Assembly (NCBI GenBank): GCA_964658025.1
Contig: CAZZXB010000021.1
Span: forward strand, 1 to 27,875
DNA length: 27,875 nt
Direction of reading: 5' to 3'
Origin: an uncultured Janthinobacterium sp.
GTDB taxonomy: Bacteria > Vulcanimicrobiota > Vulcanimicrobiia > Vulcanimicrobiales > Vulcanimicrobiaceae
Part shown: piece after piece, positions 9,080 to 17,905 of the stretch
Layout: every line of letters starts with the position of its first letter
How positions within the stretch are numbered: position 1 is the first letter of the stretch
The notes under the pieces: generated by a model
The model's database searches: none
What the model saw: the letters and a program-made list of their open reading frames with translations, nothing else
Told to the model about the DNA's origin: nothing
Program-made: the position numbers and the translations under genes

Positions 9080-10415
9080 CCACGCGCGCGCGTCGGTCGG
9101 AGCGAGCGGCTTCTCCGGACCCGACGTCCCGCCAAAGGGCGTCTACGATCAGTGCGTCCGCTGCGGACTCTGTCTCCCCACATGTCCGACCTACGTCGAG
9201 ACGCTCGTCGAGACGTCGGGACCGCGCGGGCGCATCGCGCTCATCAAAGCGGTCGACGAAGGCCGACTCGATCTGCTCGATCCCGGTTTCACGCATCAGA
9301 TGTCGGAGTGCCTCGACTGCCGGGCCTGTTCGGCCGTCTGTCCCTCGGGCGTCGATTACGGCGCGTTACTCGAGCCGGCGCGGACGCAGATCGAGCGCGC
9401 GAGCGCGCCCGCGCGTTCGCCCGTGGGCCGCGCGGTGCGCGGCTTCTCGCTCGATTTCTTGTTCTCGAATCTCGGCGCGATGCGCCTCGCGGGGCGCGCG
9501 CTCCGCTTCTACCAGCGTAGCGGCATCCGCACCGCGATCCGCGCGAGCGGCGTCCTGCGCCTCCTCGGTCTCGCGCGGCTCGAAGCGATGGCGCCCGAGA
9601 TGAGCGAGCACTTTTTCGTGCCGCGCGACCAGACGTGGCCGTCGGGCACGTCGCGGACGGACGCGACGGTCTTCCTGCATGCCGGATGCGTCGCGCAGAT
9701 CGCCTTCGCTCCCGCGAACGACGCGACGGTCCGCGTCTTGCAACGCGCGAGCTGCGCCGTCGTCGCGCCGAGCGGCCAGGGTTGCTGCGGCGCGATCGCC
9801 GTCCACGCGGGCGATATGGAACTCGGACGGACGATGGCGCGCGCGAACATCGAGGCCTTCGAGCGCTCGGGTGCCGACGTCTACGTCGCGAACGCCGCCG
9901 GCTGCGGTGCCGCACTCAAAGAGTACGGTCATCTCTTCGCGGACGTGCCGCAATGGGCCGAGCGCGCGCGAGCGTTCTCGGCGCGCGTTCGCGACGTGAG
10001 CGAGTATCTCGATACGATCGACGTCGATCCACGGTTCGGACCGGTAGCCGCCGTCGCGACGTACCAAGAACCGTGCCATCTCGCGCACGCGCAACGGATC
10101 GCCGCCGCACCGCGACGCCTCCTCGCCCGGATCCCCGACCTCGAGTTGCGCGAGATGGGCGAGAGTTCGCTCTGCTGCGGGAGCGCCGGAATCTACAACG
10201 TCACGCAACCCGAGATGGCCGCCCGACTCCAACGCCGGAAAATCGAAAACGCGCTCGCGGTAAAGCCGAGCGTCGTCGTTACCGCGAACCCGGGGTGCGC
10301 GCTCCAACTCGCGAACGGACTACGCGACGCGTCGGCGACGGACGTCCGGGTGATGCACGTCGTCGAGCTCCTCGACGAGTCGTACGCGAACTACAAGCCG
10401 ACGAGTCGGGCGTGA
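9060..10415 (+). CDS. glcF: Glycolate oxidase iron-sulfur subunit GlcF-like
   Basis: Two 4Fe-4S motifs (CVRCGLCLPTCP, CLDCRACSAVCP) and two CCG domains (CCGA, CCGSAGIYN, TANPGC). Overlaps the end of glcD. Confidence 0.88.
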   Translation: MPSTSPDHARASVGASGFSGPDVPPKGVYDQCVRCGLCLPTCPTYVETLVETSGPRGRIALIKAVDEGRLDLLDPGFTHQMSECLDCRACSAVCPSGVDYGALLEPARTQIERASAPARSPVGRAVRGFSLDFLFSNLGAMRLAGRALRFYQRSGIRTAIRASGVLRLLGLARLEAMAPEMSEHFFVPRDQTWPSGTSRTDATVFLHAGCVAQIAFAPANDATVRVLQRASCAVVAPSGQGCCGAIAVHAGDMELGRTMARANIEAFERSGADVYVANAAGCGAALKEYGHLFADVPQWAERARAFSARVRDVSEYLDTIDVDPRFGPVAAVATYQEPCHLAHAQRIAAAPRRLLARIPDLELREMGESSLCCGSAGIYNVTQPEMAARLQRRKIENALAVKPSVVVTANPGCALQLANGLRDASATDVRVMHVVELLDESYANYKPTSRA

Positions 10416-10762
10416 TCGGTGAGCGCGGCGTCGATCGTCGGATGGACCGAGAACACGTCGAGTAAACCCGTGATGCGGAGCAACCGCAGGATCTGACCCT
10501 CTTGGGCGACGAGGCGGATCGAGCCGTGATGTTCGGCCGCGCGTTTGTGCGCGCCGATCAACGCGCCGAGCCCGGTCGAATCGAGAAATTCGAGTTGGGA
10601 GAGATCGACGACGATCTCGTGTTCGTCGCGATCGGCGGCTTCCATGAGCGCGGCGCGAAGCGTCGGCGAGGTCGCGATGTCGAGCGTTCCGCTGAGCGCG
10701 AAGAGCTGGATGGCCCCGTCGTTCGCGCTCGTAACGTCGATGCTGAGCGTATCTTGTGACAT
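10391..10762 (-). CDS. STAS-domain anti-sigma factor antagonist (RsbV/SpoIIAA-like)
   Basis: LSGTLDIATSPTLR, VDLSQLEFLDSTGLG (phosphorylatable Ser) and RLLRITGL. Start ATG 10762. Confidence 0.9.
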   Translation of the reverse strand: MSQDTLSIDVTSANDGAIQLFALSGTLDIATSPTLRAALMEAADRDEHEIVVDLSQLEFLDSTGLGALIGAHKRAAEHHGSIRLVAQEGQILRLLRITGLLDVFSVHPTIDAALTDHARLVGL

Positions 10763-10764
10763 GT

Positions 10765-11106
10765 CTAGCCTTCGTATTCGCGCCACTCGACGATCGTTCC
10801 GTCCGCGAACGTCACGAAGGCGCAACCAGGACGCTCCTGCCACGAGCCGTCGGGGCGCTGGATGGAAAAACGATAGCGCACCGCCGCCCGATCGCCCGCG
10901 ACGATCGTGTCGTCGACGTGCAATTCGAAGCGGGGTCCGTCGCGGAAAAACGACGTGAAATGCGCGACGATCGCGTCGCGCCCCGCAAGCGGCTCGCGCG
11001 CCGCCTCGCGATAGACGCCCTCGCCCGCGAAATGCGCGCCCGCGCGCAGCGCGTCGCCGGTGCGCCACGCCGCGAAGAGTCCGGTCAGCGCCTCGCCGAC
11101 CGTCAC
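10765..11106 (-). CDS. SnoaL-like / NTF2-family protein
   Basis: About 113 aa with the pattern 'LFAAW..GD..A..F', 'GRDAIVAHF', 'IVAGDRAAVRYRF' and 'DGTIVEWREY'. GTG start just downstream of the tRNA. Confidence 0.8.
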   Translation of the reverse strand: MTVGEALTGLFAAWRTGDALRAGAHFAGEGVYREAAREPLAGRDAIVAHFTSFFRDGPRFELHVDDTIVAGDRAAVRYRFSIQRPDGSWQERPGCAFVTFADGTIVEWREYEG

Positions 11107-11119
11107 GCAGAAAGTCGTG

Positions 11120-11191
11120 CTGGGGTGGCTGGATTCGAACCAACGAATGGAGGATTCAAAGTCCCCTGCCTTACCACTTGGCGACACCCCA
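11120..11191 (-). tRNA. tRNA-Gln (anticodon TTG), CCA not encoded
   Basis: Reverse complement TGGGGTGTCGCCAAGTGGTAAGGCAGGGGACTTTGAATCCTCCATTCGTTGGTTCGAATCCAGCCACCCCAG: acceptor TGGGGTG/CACCCCA, D-loop TGG, anticodon loop CTTTGAA, T-loop TTCGAAT. Confidence 0.96.
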
Positions 11192-11323
11192 TCGTAACGC
11201 GCGACCGAGCGCGCGCGCTTTTCCGACCGGGGACCATTCGCCCAGCGCGAATCTTCTCCGTCTTACGCGTCGGGCTCCGCGCGATTTCGAGGTTCGATCG
11301 AACGACGAGCGACGTCGATGCGG

Positions 11324-11938
11324 CTAACGCGCCGGTGGAACCGACGCGGCTGCGGGCGCGGGGGAACCGGCGGGTTGCGCGCCGACCGGCGCGGTCGATG
11401 CGGCTGCGGGCGACGGGGAGGCGGAGACGCTGTCGGCCATCGTCCCCGCGGGGACGGGCGCGGCGGGTGCCGGCGACGCGACGAGCGCGGTCTCGGGTTG
11501 GAGCGCGGGGAAGCCTTGCGCCAAGCGTATGCGGCTCGCGTGCGCGAAGGTCGTCTTCGAAAAGTTGTTCGCAACGAAATGGAGCATCTTCGTCGCCTCG
11601 GCGCGCGCGTCGTTCGACTGCACGGTCTGGAAGAGTTGCTCGAGATGGAACGCCGCCGAAGGCAACCACGGATCGTTCGGATACTTCGCGTGCCACGCGA
11701 TCATCGATTGCTCGGCCATCGTCGCGTCGTGAACGAGATCGGAATCGGCGATCGTGCGCGCGTGATACTGACGGCCGAGCGCGTCCACGCGCATGCGGAT
11801 GCCGATCGCGCTCATTTTCTGCGCTCCGAAATATTCGTCGGCGGGCGCCGCGTTCGAGATCGGTTTGGCCGCGGCGGCGACGGCGGTCGCGGCGAGGACG
11901 AGGGTCATGACGAAGGGGAGCGAGCGACGTTGGGACAT
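11324..11938 (-). CDS. Secreted hypothetical protein with TPR-like helices and Pro/Ala-rich tail
   Basis: GAGGAG RBS before ATG 11938, a signal peptide (LVLAATAVAAAA), a KYPNDPWLPSAAFHL / NFSKTTFAHASRIRL repeat-like pattern, and a low-complexity C-terminus. Confidence 0.75.
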   Translation of the reverse strand: MSQRRSLPFVMTLVLAATAVAAAAKPISNAAPADEYFGAQKMSAIGIRMRVDALGRQYHARTIADSDLVHDATMAEQSMIAWHAKYPNDPWLPSAAFHLEQLFQTVQSNDARAEATKMLHFVANNFSKTTFAHASRIRLAQGFPALQPETALVASPAPAAPVPAGTMADSVSASPSPAAASTAPVGAQPAGSPAPAAASVPPAR

Positions 11939-12021
11939 GGGTTCTCCTCGAACTCGGCGAGCGTACTCGATCCGTATCGGCCGCTCGAGACGGAGAACGG
12001 AGCCCGAACGACGATCGTCAC

Positions 12022-12060
12022 GGAAAACGAAAGATGCTCCGGAAGGGGACCGGAGCATCT
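12022..12060 (-). terminator. Intrinsic terminator downstream of the NlpC/P60 gene
   Basis: Perfect 11-bp stem AGATGCTCCGG (12032-12042) / CCGGAGCATCT (12050-12060), followed on the minus strand by TTCGTTTT. Confidence 0.85.
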
Positions 12061-12089
12061 CTGAGGATCCGAACGAGGCGTTTCGAAAG

Positions 12090-12734
12090 TTAGCGGATTG
12101 CCAGACGTTGCGTCACGCGTTTCGCTCCGAGGTAACGCGAGGCCCAATAGTCGTCGGCGATCCGGCTGATCATCACGCCGTGACTGGAACTGTGGATGAA
12201 CCGGCCGCCGCCGAGGTAGATGCCGACGTGCGACGGACCGGGTTCGTAGGTTTGAAAGAACACGAGATCGCCCGTCACCATGTGACCGCGCGTCGACCGG
12301 CCCGAATAGAATTGGGCGTCGGCCGTCCGCGGCAACGCGATGCCGAGCATCGCGAAGACGTGTTGGACGTATCCCGAGCAATCGAATCCCGACGGCGACG
12401 TGCCGCCGAAGACGTACGGCGTGCCGATGTAACGCATCGCATCGCGCGTCAGCGATCGCGCGAGCGACGACGTGCGGTTGACGATGCCGCGTGCGAAGCG
12501 GTGCATGGCGTCAGATCTCGACGCCTCGTGGGTCGTGACGAGCGGCACGCTCGTCGTGCGGGCCGCGGATTCCCACATACGGAGATCGGCATCGGCGCTC
12601 GGCATCTGCGATGCGGAGGCGAGCGAGGCAACGGACGTGCCTGCGGAGTCGAGCGCTTCGTTTGCGAAGGCGACGCCGGTCATAGAAACGGCGAACGCAA
12701 CGGCAAGAAACGCTTTTCCAAGCGAACGGGTCAA
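12090..12734 (-). CDS. NlpC/P60 (C40) family secreted cell-wall peptidase
   Basis: Signal peptide; GTPYVFGG, GFDCSG (catalytic Cys), LPRTA, GDLVFF, HVGIY and FIHSS. TTG start with GAGGAG RBS. Confidence 0.93.
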   Translation of the reverse strand: MTRSLGKAFLAVAFAVSMTGVAFANEALDSAGTSVASLASASQMPSADADLRMWESAARTTSVPLVTTHEASRSDAMHRFARGIVNRTSSLARSLTRDAMRYIGTPYVFGGTSPSGFDCSGYVQHVFAMLGIALPRTADAQFYSGRSTRGHMVTGDLVFFQTYEPGPSHVGIYLGGGRFIHSSSHGVMISRIADDYWASRYLGAKRVTQRLAIR

Positions 12735-12746
12735 CGGCTCCTCAAT

Positions 12747-12866
12747 TCAACGCTTGCGAGGTTAGTTGACGGGTTCGGGCGGAGAGGCTCGCCCTAGCGC
12801 CGACCGGCGCATTCACCCCACCTGGAATTCCCCCGCTCCGGACCGACGCCCGGACTCAGCGATTTC
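12747..12866 (-). ncRNA. c-di-AMP riboswitch (ydaO/yuaA class)
   Basis: The minus strand carries the conserved blocks in order: GCTGAGTCC...GGGGGAATTCC...TGGGGTGAAT...TAGGG...CCCGAACCCGTCAACTAACCTCGCAAGCG. It sits immediately 5' of a cell-wall hydrolase, a typical target. Confidence 0.92.
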
Positions 12867-13004
12867 GGTGTGTGTGCAGAATCACGATCGTCGGAGACAT
12901 CCGACGGATCGCGTGACCGAATACGTTACCGCTTCGAATCCTCAACCGACTTTGCGGACGATTAAACGTGTCCTGCGTTTCTTCGGCCCAACATTTCGAT
13001 TTGT

Positions 13005-14930
13005 TTAGTCCTCTCGTGAGTCTTTCGACGATTCCTCACGTGGTGCGACAAAAGTCCGGGGAGCGTAGATCGACTCGAGGACGTCGCTCGCGCCTCTCAC
13101 GCGAACGAGATGCGGGTGGCGCTCCCCTTCGTGCGCGTCGATCGTCGTCGATCGGACCATATCGCCGTTGGCGTAGAGCACCTGCATCGGAACGGACGAG
13201 CCTTTGTGGGCCCGAAGCGCCGCCCGCAACACGTCGTCGGAGTATTTCCGACCGTCGATCGCAAGGATCTCCATCCCGGGCGCCAGACCCGCAGCGAACG
13301 CGGGCGACTGCGCGAGCAGATCGCGCACGCGTCCGTCGGCCGAGAGCGTGAGTCCCATCGAGAATCGCGCGTCGGTCGCGCCCTTCGACGACTTCGCCTG
13401 CGCCTTTTCCAGATCGGATTCTTTGTCCGTGTAGACGAGTTCGTAACCGCCGCCCGTGATGCCGCCGAGCGGCGCGCGCGGTTCGACGTCGGCGATGCGA
13501 TGCGCGAAGAACGCGGCCCAATCGTACGGCACTACTTGGTTCATCAGTGAAACGATTTGCGCTTCGTCGTAGGGCTCGACCGTCGGAACGCTCGTCGTGT
13601 CGGAGCCGCGCCCGTAGAGCCGGCAAAAATCGTCGAGCGACCTCTTACCACGCGTGAGGCGGCGGATCGTCACGTCGGCGTCGAGCCAGATGAGGTTCCC
13701 CTCGGTGTAGAAGTCGCCCGCGCTGCGACGCAACTCGTAATATTCGCTCGGAGCCACGTAGAGGAACGGCGCGCCGTCGGCGGTATCGCGGATCGGACGC
13801 CAGTGGCGGCCGCTCTCCACGTCCATGTTCGCGGCGGCCTCGGCGAGTTCGTCGAGCTGCGTCGCGAAGGTGTTGAGACGCGAACGCGTCGCGAGCTTCT
13901 CGCCGTTGTACTGATTGAGCCCCTCGTAGACCCAGAGCAGATCGGTCTTCTCCGGATCCTGGTAGTTCGCGACGAAGAGGTCACCCGGTCGGCGATACTT
14001 ACCGTTCCACGAATGCGAGTATTCGTGCGGGAGCAGATCGGCGCCGAACGCATATTCGCCGTCGTCCGACGCGTACGTCTCGTGATCGCGATCGTCGCTG
14101 GACTCGTGATGCTCGATCCCTTCGGGATCGATATCGTCGCTGAGGCTCAGCAAGAAATGATAGTCTCGATAATGACGGCCGCCGTAGAGCGCGGGCCCCT
14201 CCGCGACGAGATGCTTCATTCCCGCGAGAAATTTCGCCGTCGGCGTCGCGCCCGCGTCGGAGTCGGAGGCGGTATCGAGTTCTTCCGTCGGTCCGAGCCG
14301 ATAACTCTTCTCGTGCGCGCCCGCGATGACGGGCGAGTCGATCAACGTGTAGAGCGACGCCGTGCGAAACGCGACCGTGCCGTCGCCCGCGCTCGCGACG
14401 GGGAGCGCCGTCCCGAACGTCCAACCGCTCGGAAGTTTTAGCGACGCGTCGACGGAGGTCGTGCGCGCGTCCGCGCCCTGCGGATAAATGGTGAGATTAC
14501 TGAATTCGACGAGCGCGAGTTCCGCCGTGCTGACGGGTTCCGTCTGCCCGTTGCGCGACGGGGCGCCGACGACGTCGAAGGCGACGTCGAGTCGCGTCGC
14601 GCCCGCCGGGACCGTCGTATGCACGGCGTACATGTCGACGAGATCCCGACGCCAATCGAGCGCGGTTCCGTTCGCCGAAACGCGCAGACTCACGACGCCC
14701 TCGATCGGACCGACCGGGCCGTGATATCCCGGAATCCACTTCGGATAGACGAACGTGAACGGACCCGGCGCGACCGCGAGCGTCTCCCGAACGTGATAGA
14801 TCTTCTGCGGCGCGCCCGTCGCGTCGACCGCGAGGACGATCGGCGCTGCGGAGGCCGCGGCCGCGATCGCGACGACGAACGCGACGATGCCGGAACACGT
14901 CGAAACGAGACGGGTGATCGAAATCTGCAT
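13005..14930 (-). CDS. M61 family metallopeptidase (glycyl aminopeptidase-like) with C-terminal PDZ domain
   Basis: Signal peptide, PKWIPG, GIEH, HEYSHSWN (HExxH), LWVYEG, and PDZ-like SPAFAAGLAPGMEILAIDG. Confidence 0.9.
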   Translation of the reverse strand: MQISITRLVSTCSGIVAFVVAIAAAASAAPIVLAVDATGAPQKIYHVRETLAVAPGPFTFVYPKWIPGYHGPVGPIEGVVSLRVSANGTALDWRRDLVDMYAVHTTVPAGATRLDVAFDVVGAPSRNGQTEPVSTAELALVEFSNLTIYPQGADARTTSVDASLKLPSGWTFGTALPVASAGDGTVAFRTASLYTLIDSPVIAGAHEKSYRLGPTEELDTASDSDAGATPTAKFLAGMKHLVAEGPALYGGRHYRDYHFLLSLSDDIDPEGIEHHESSDDRDHETYASDDGEYAFGADLLPHEYSHSWNGKYRRPGDLFVANYQDPEKTDLLWVYEGLNQYNGEKLATRSRLNTFATQLDELAEAAANMDVESGRHWRPIRDTADGAPFLYVAPSEYYELRRSAGDFYTEGNLIWLDADVTIRRLTRGKRSLDDFCRLYGRGSDTTSVPTVEPYDEAQIVSLMNQVVPYDWAAFFAHRIADVEPRAPLGGITGGGYELVYTDKESDLEKAQAKSSKGATDARFSMGLTLSADGRVRDLLAQSPAFAAGLAPGMEILAIDGRKYSDDVLRAALRAHKGSSVPMQVLYANGDMVRSTTIDAHEGERHPHLVRVRGASDVLESIYAPRTFVAPREESSKDSRED

Positions 14931-14972
14931 GCGAGAGCGGCGTTTCCTTATCCGACCGATGGGAGTGGGCGA

Positions 14973-16322
14973 TCAGCGCGCGGAGCGCGCGACGATTTCG
15001 GCGAGTTCGTGCGCGAGACGATCGATCCGCTGTTGGTCGTCGCCTTCGATCATTACACGAATGAGCGGTTCGGTCCCCGAAGCCCGAACGAGTAATCGAC
15101 CGTCCGCCGCGAGTTCGCGTTCCACGCGTGCGATCGCATCGCGGACCGTCGCGTCGCCCAACACCGCTTTATTCGGCGTTCGAACGTTGACGAGCACTTG
15201 CGGCGCGATGCGTAAGGGCGCGCCGAGTGCGGCGAGCGTCGATTCGTTCCGGACGACCGCCGTGAATAACGCGACCGCCGCGGCGGGCCCGTCGCCCGTG
15301 GTGTTCCGCGCGAGATCGATGACGTGTCCCGATTGCTCGCCGCCGAACGCGTATCCGTCGGCGCGCATGCGCTCGAGCACGTAGCGGTCGCCGACGGCCG
15401 CGCGGACGAGGACGATCCCCTCGGCGGAGAGCGCGCGCTCGAGTCCGACGTTACTCATCACGGTTCCGACGACCGTGTCGCGCGCGAGTTCGCCGCGGCG
15501 CTTCTTCTCGACCGCCAGGACGAACATCGCATGATCGCCGTTCTTGATCTCGCCGTTTTCGTCCACGAAGAGCGCGCGATCCGCATCGCCGTCGAACGCC
15601 ACGCCGAGCACGTGCGCGCGCGGCGACTCGCGCGCGCGTTCGCGAACGCGCGCGACGAGCGCCGACATGTCGGTCGATCCGCACGCGACGTTGATCCGCG
15701 CGCCGTCGTCTTCGGCGTGCATCGCCTCGACCGTCGCTCCGAGCGCCGAGAGGATCCGCGGCCCCAGGCGATAGGCCGCGCCGTACGCGGCGTCGACCAC
15801 GATCGTGAGCGCGGAGAGGTCGGCACCCGATCCGACGACGCGCTCGACGTAGCGGTCGGCGAGTTCGGGCGCGCTCCGCGCGATCCCGACGTCGCGATGC
15901 GTCGGACGCGGTGCCGTATCGACCGCGATCTCGTTTTCGAGCGCGTCCTCTTCCGCGTCGCTGAGCTTGAAGCCGTCGGCGGCGAAGATCTTGATGCCGT
16001 TGTCCTCGATCGGATTGTGCGACGCGCTGATGACGATCCCGGCGGCCGCCCCCGTCGCGACCGTGACGCGCGCGACCGCGGGCGTCGGCACGACGCCGAG
16101 CGAGAGCGTATCGCGTCCCGTCGAAGCGATCCCCGAGACGAGCGCCGCCTCGAGCATCGTCCCGGAGAGACGCGTGTCGCGCCCGACGACGATCGGCAGA
16201 TGCGCGTCGGCCGCCGCCGCGATCGCCTTCGCCGTCGCGCGTCCGATCTTGAACGCGAGTTCGGGCGTCAGGTCCGCGTTCGCGACGCCGCGTACGCCGT
16301 CGGTTCCAAAAATTCGACTCAC
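14973..16322 (-). CDS. glmM: Phosphoglucosamine mutase
   Basis: IFGTDGVRG, GRDTRLSG, ISASHNP (phospho-Ser), FDGDADR, VGDRYV, GGEQSGH and RASGTEPLIRVM. Confidence 0.96.
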   Translation of the reverse strand: MSRIFGTDGVRGVANADLTPELAFKIGRATAKAIAAAADAHLPIVVGRDTRLSGTMLEAALVSGIASTGRDTLSLGVVPTPAVARVTVATGAAAGIVISASHNPIEDNGIKIFAADGFKLSDAEEDALENEIAVDTAPRPTHRDVGIARSAPELADRYVERVVGSGADLSALTIVVDAAYGAAYRLGPRILSALGATVEAMHAEDDGARINVACGSTDMSALVARVRERARESPRAHVLGVAFDGDADRALFVDENGEIKNGDHAMFVLAVEKKRRGELARDTVVGTVMSNVGLERALSAEGIVLVRAAVGDRYVLERMRADGYAFGGEQSGHVIDLARNTTGDGPAAAVALFTAVVRNESTLAALGAPLRIAPQVLVNVRTPNKAVLGDATVRDAIARVERELAADGRLLVRASGTEPLIRVMIEGDDQQRIDRLAHELAEIVARSAR

Positions 16323-16362
16323 GCGGACGTCATTCGTCGTCCGCCCGCGGTTCGCTCGCGCG

Positions 16363-17037
16363 CTACTTCTTCGCGGCGGCGACGAAGCGCGCGCGCACGC
16401 GGACGAGGTTCGGCGAGACCGCGAGCGGCACGACCTCGCTCCCGCGCGCGTCGATCGCGACGGGGCGGACCATCGCGTCGAGCGTCGCGGGCTCGCTCGG
16501 CGGCGCGACGTCGACGCGCAGGCTCGTCACGCGCGCGAGGGTGCTCGTCGCCCCGCGCAGCGTCGCCGTCGCCGGCGAGAGACCGATCGTTCCGACGACG
16601 ATCCCGCCCGGGAATCCCGTTTCGTAATGGATCTCGATCGGCAGCGAGCGCGCTTCGATCCGCTCGACCGAGAGCGTCACCGTCGCGGGCGAGAGCGACT
16701 TGATGTCGTATTTGGGCGCGATCACTTCGACCGGCACGTTGTAGACGCCGGCGCCGCGACCGGCGAGGTTGAGCACGGCGCGGACGTCGTCCGGCTTGAT
16801 CGCGGAACCACCCGGCGGCACGGCGATCGCGACCACCGCCTGCCGGTCGCTCAGATGCGCGAGCTCGTCGTCCGAGAGGCCCGTCACCGCGATCGGCACG
16901 CTGACCTGTTGTTGGAAACGCGCGGCGATCACGGGATTGGGCGTCAGTCTGAGGTACGCCCACAGCGCGAGCGCGATCGCGAGCGAGACGAGCTTGAGTC
17001 CCGCATTATTGCGGATCCGATTAAATACGTTCTGCAA
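16363..17037 (-). CDS. cdaR: CdaR / YbbR-domain regulator of diadenylate cyclase
   Basis: N-terminal anchor NNAGLKLVSLAIALALWAYL, YbbR-like repeats (...P.TVTLSVE, SPNLVRV), and position between cdaA and glmM. TTG start 17037 with GGGAG RBS. Confidence 0.85.
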   Translation of the reverse strand: MQNVFNRIRNNAGLKLVSLAIALALWAYLRLTPNPVIAARFQQQVSVPIAVTGLSDDELAHLSDRQAVVAIAVPPGGSAIKPDDVRAVLNLAGRGAGVYNVPVEVIAPKYDIKSLSPATVTLSVERIEARSLPIEIHYETGFPGGIVVGTIGLSPATATLRGATSTLARVTSLRVDVAPPSEPATLDAMVRPVAIDARGSEVVPLAVSPNLVRVRARFVAAAKK

Positions 17038-17905
17038 GCTCGCTCCCGGACCGATCGCCCCGCGCGCCGAACGGGAATCCGAATCGGCCGCGCGTCGCGC
17101 GCGTCTCCGCACGGCGGCCGCGCGACGCGCGGCAACACGCGAGCAGCACGCTGCGCAGGCGGGTCTCGTCGCCGAGTTCGCGCGAGAGCTTCCCCGTGCG
17201 CGCGATCGAGATCGTCCCCGTCTGTTCCGAGATCACGAGCACGACGGCGTCGGTTTGTTCGGAGAGTCCGATCGCCGCGCGATGGCGCGTTCCGAGATGG
17301 CTCTCGGTCAACACGTTTTCCGAGAGCGGTAAGAAGCACCCGGCCGCTTCGACGAGCGTCCCGCGAACGATCGCCGCGCCGTCGTGGAGCGGCGTGCTCG
17401 GCGTGAAGATCGAGAGCAAGAGTTCGACGGAGAGGCGCGCGTCGAGCCGCGTACCGCTCTCGACGAACTCGCGCAGGCCCGAGGCCCCTTCGATCGCGAC
17501 GAGCGCGCCGATGCGATTGCGCGAGAGCACGACGGCGGCGTGCGCGAGGATGCCGACGACCGTTTCGAGCGTCTTGGGATCGTCGACGCCCTCGCGGCGC
17601 GCGATCATCCCGCCGCGGCCGAGCTGTTCGAGAAAGCGTCGCAGCTCGGGCTGGAAGACGATCGGAAGCGTGACGGCCGTGCCGAGCAATGCGAACTGGA
17701 GGATCGTCGCGAGCACGAGCAGGTGAAAGATGTTCGCGAGCCCGAGGAGCGCCGCGAGCACGGCGATGCCGAACATGATCGGAACCGCGCGCGTGCCGCG
17801 CACGAGCAATAAGAGGTAGTAGACGAGGACGGCCGTCGCGGCGACGTCGACGAGATCGTTCAACCCGAGCGCGACGTCGGGGAGCGGTAACGCGGGAAGC
17901 GTCAC
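17021..17905 (-). CDS. cdaA: Diadenylate cyclase CdaA (DacA)
   Basis: Three N-terminal TM helices, IVFQPELRR, and catalytic motifs PLHDGA and GTRHRAA, plus ISEQTG. Confidence 0.96.
   Translation of the reverse strand: MTLPALPLPDVALGLNDLVDVAATAVLVYYLLLLVRGTRAVPIMFGIAVLAALLGLANIFHLLVLATILQFALLGTAVTLPIVFQPELRRFLEQLGRGGMIARREGVDDPKTLETVVGILAHAAVVLSRNRIGALVAIEGASGLREFVESGTRLDARLSVELLLSIFTPSTPLHDGAAIVRGTLVEAAGCFLPLSENVLTESHLGTRHRAAIGLSEQTDAVVLVISEQTGTISIARTGKLSRELGDETRLRSVLLACCRASRGRRAETRATRGRFGFPFGARGDRSGSELAERI

Noticed and set aside
10763..11187. ORF-track N-terminal extensions of the STAS and SnoaL genes
   Set aside because: They run through the adjacent gene or the tRNA; better starts lie at 10762 and 11106.
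11120..11191. tRNA as an integration site for an island
   Set aside because: No integrase, no duplicated tRNA 3' end found, and no compositional shift.
12933..12941. TTCGAATCC T-loop-like motif
   Set aside because: No flanking T-stem or cloverleaf.
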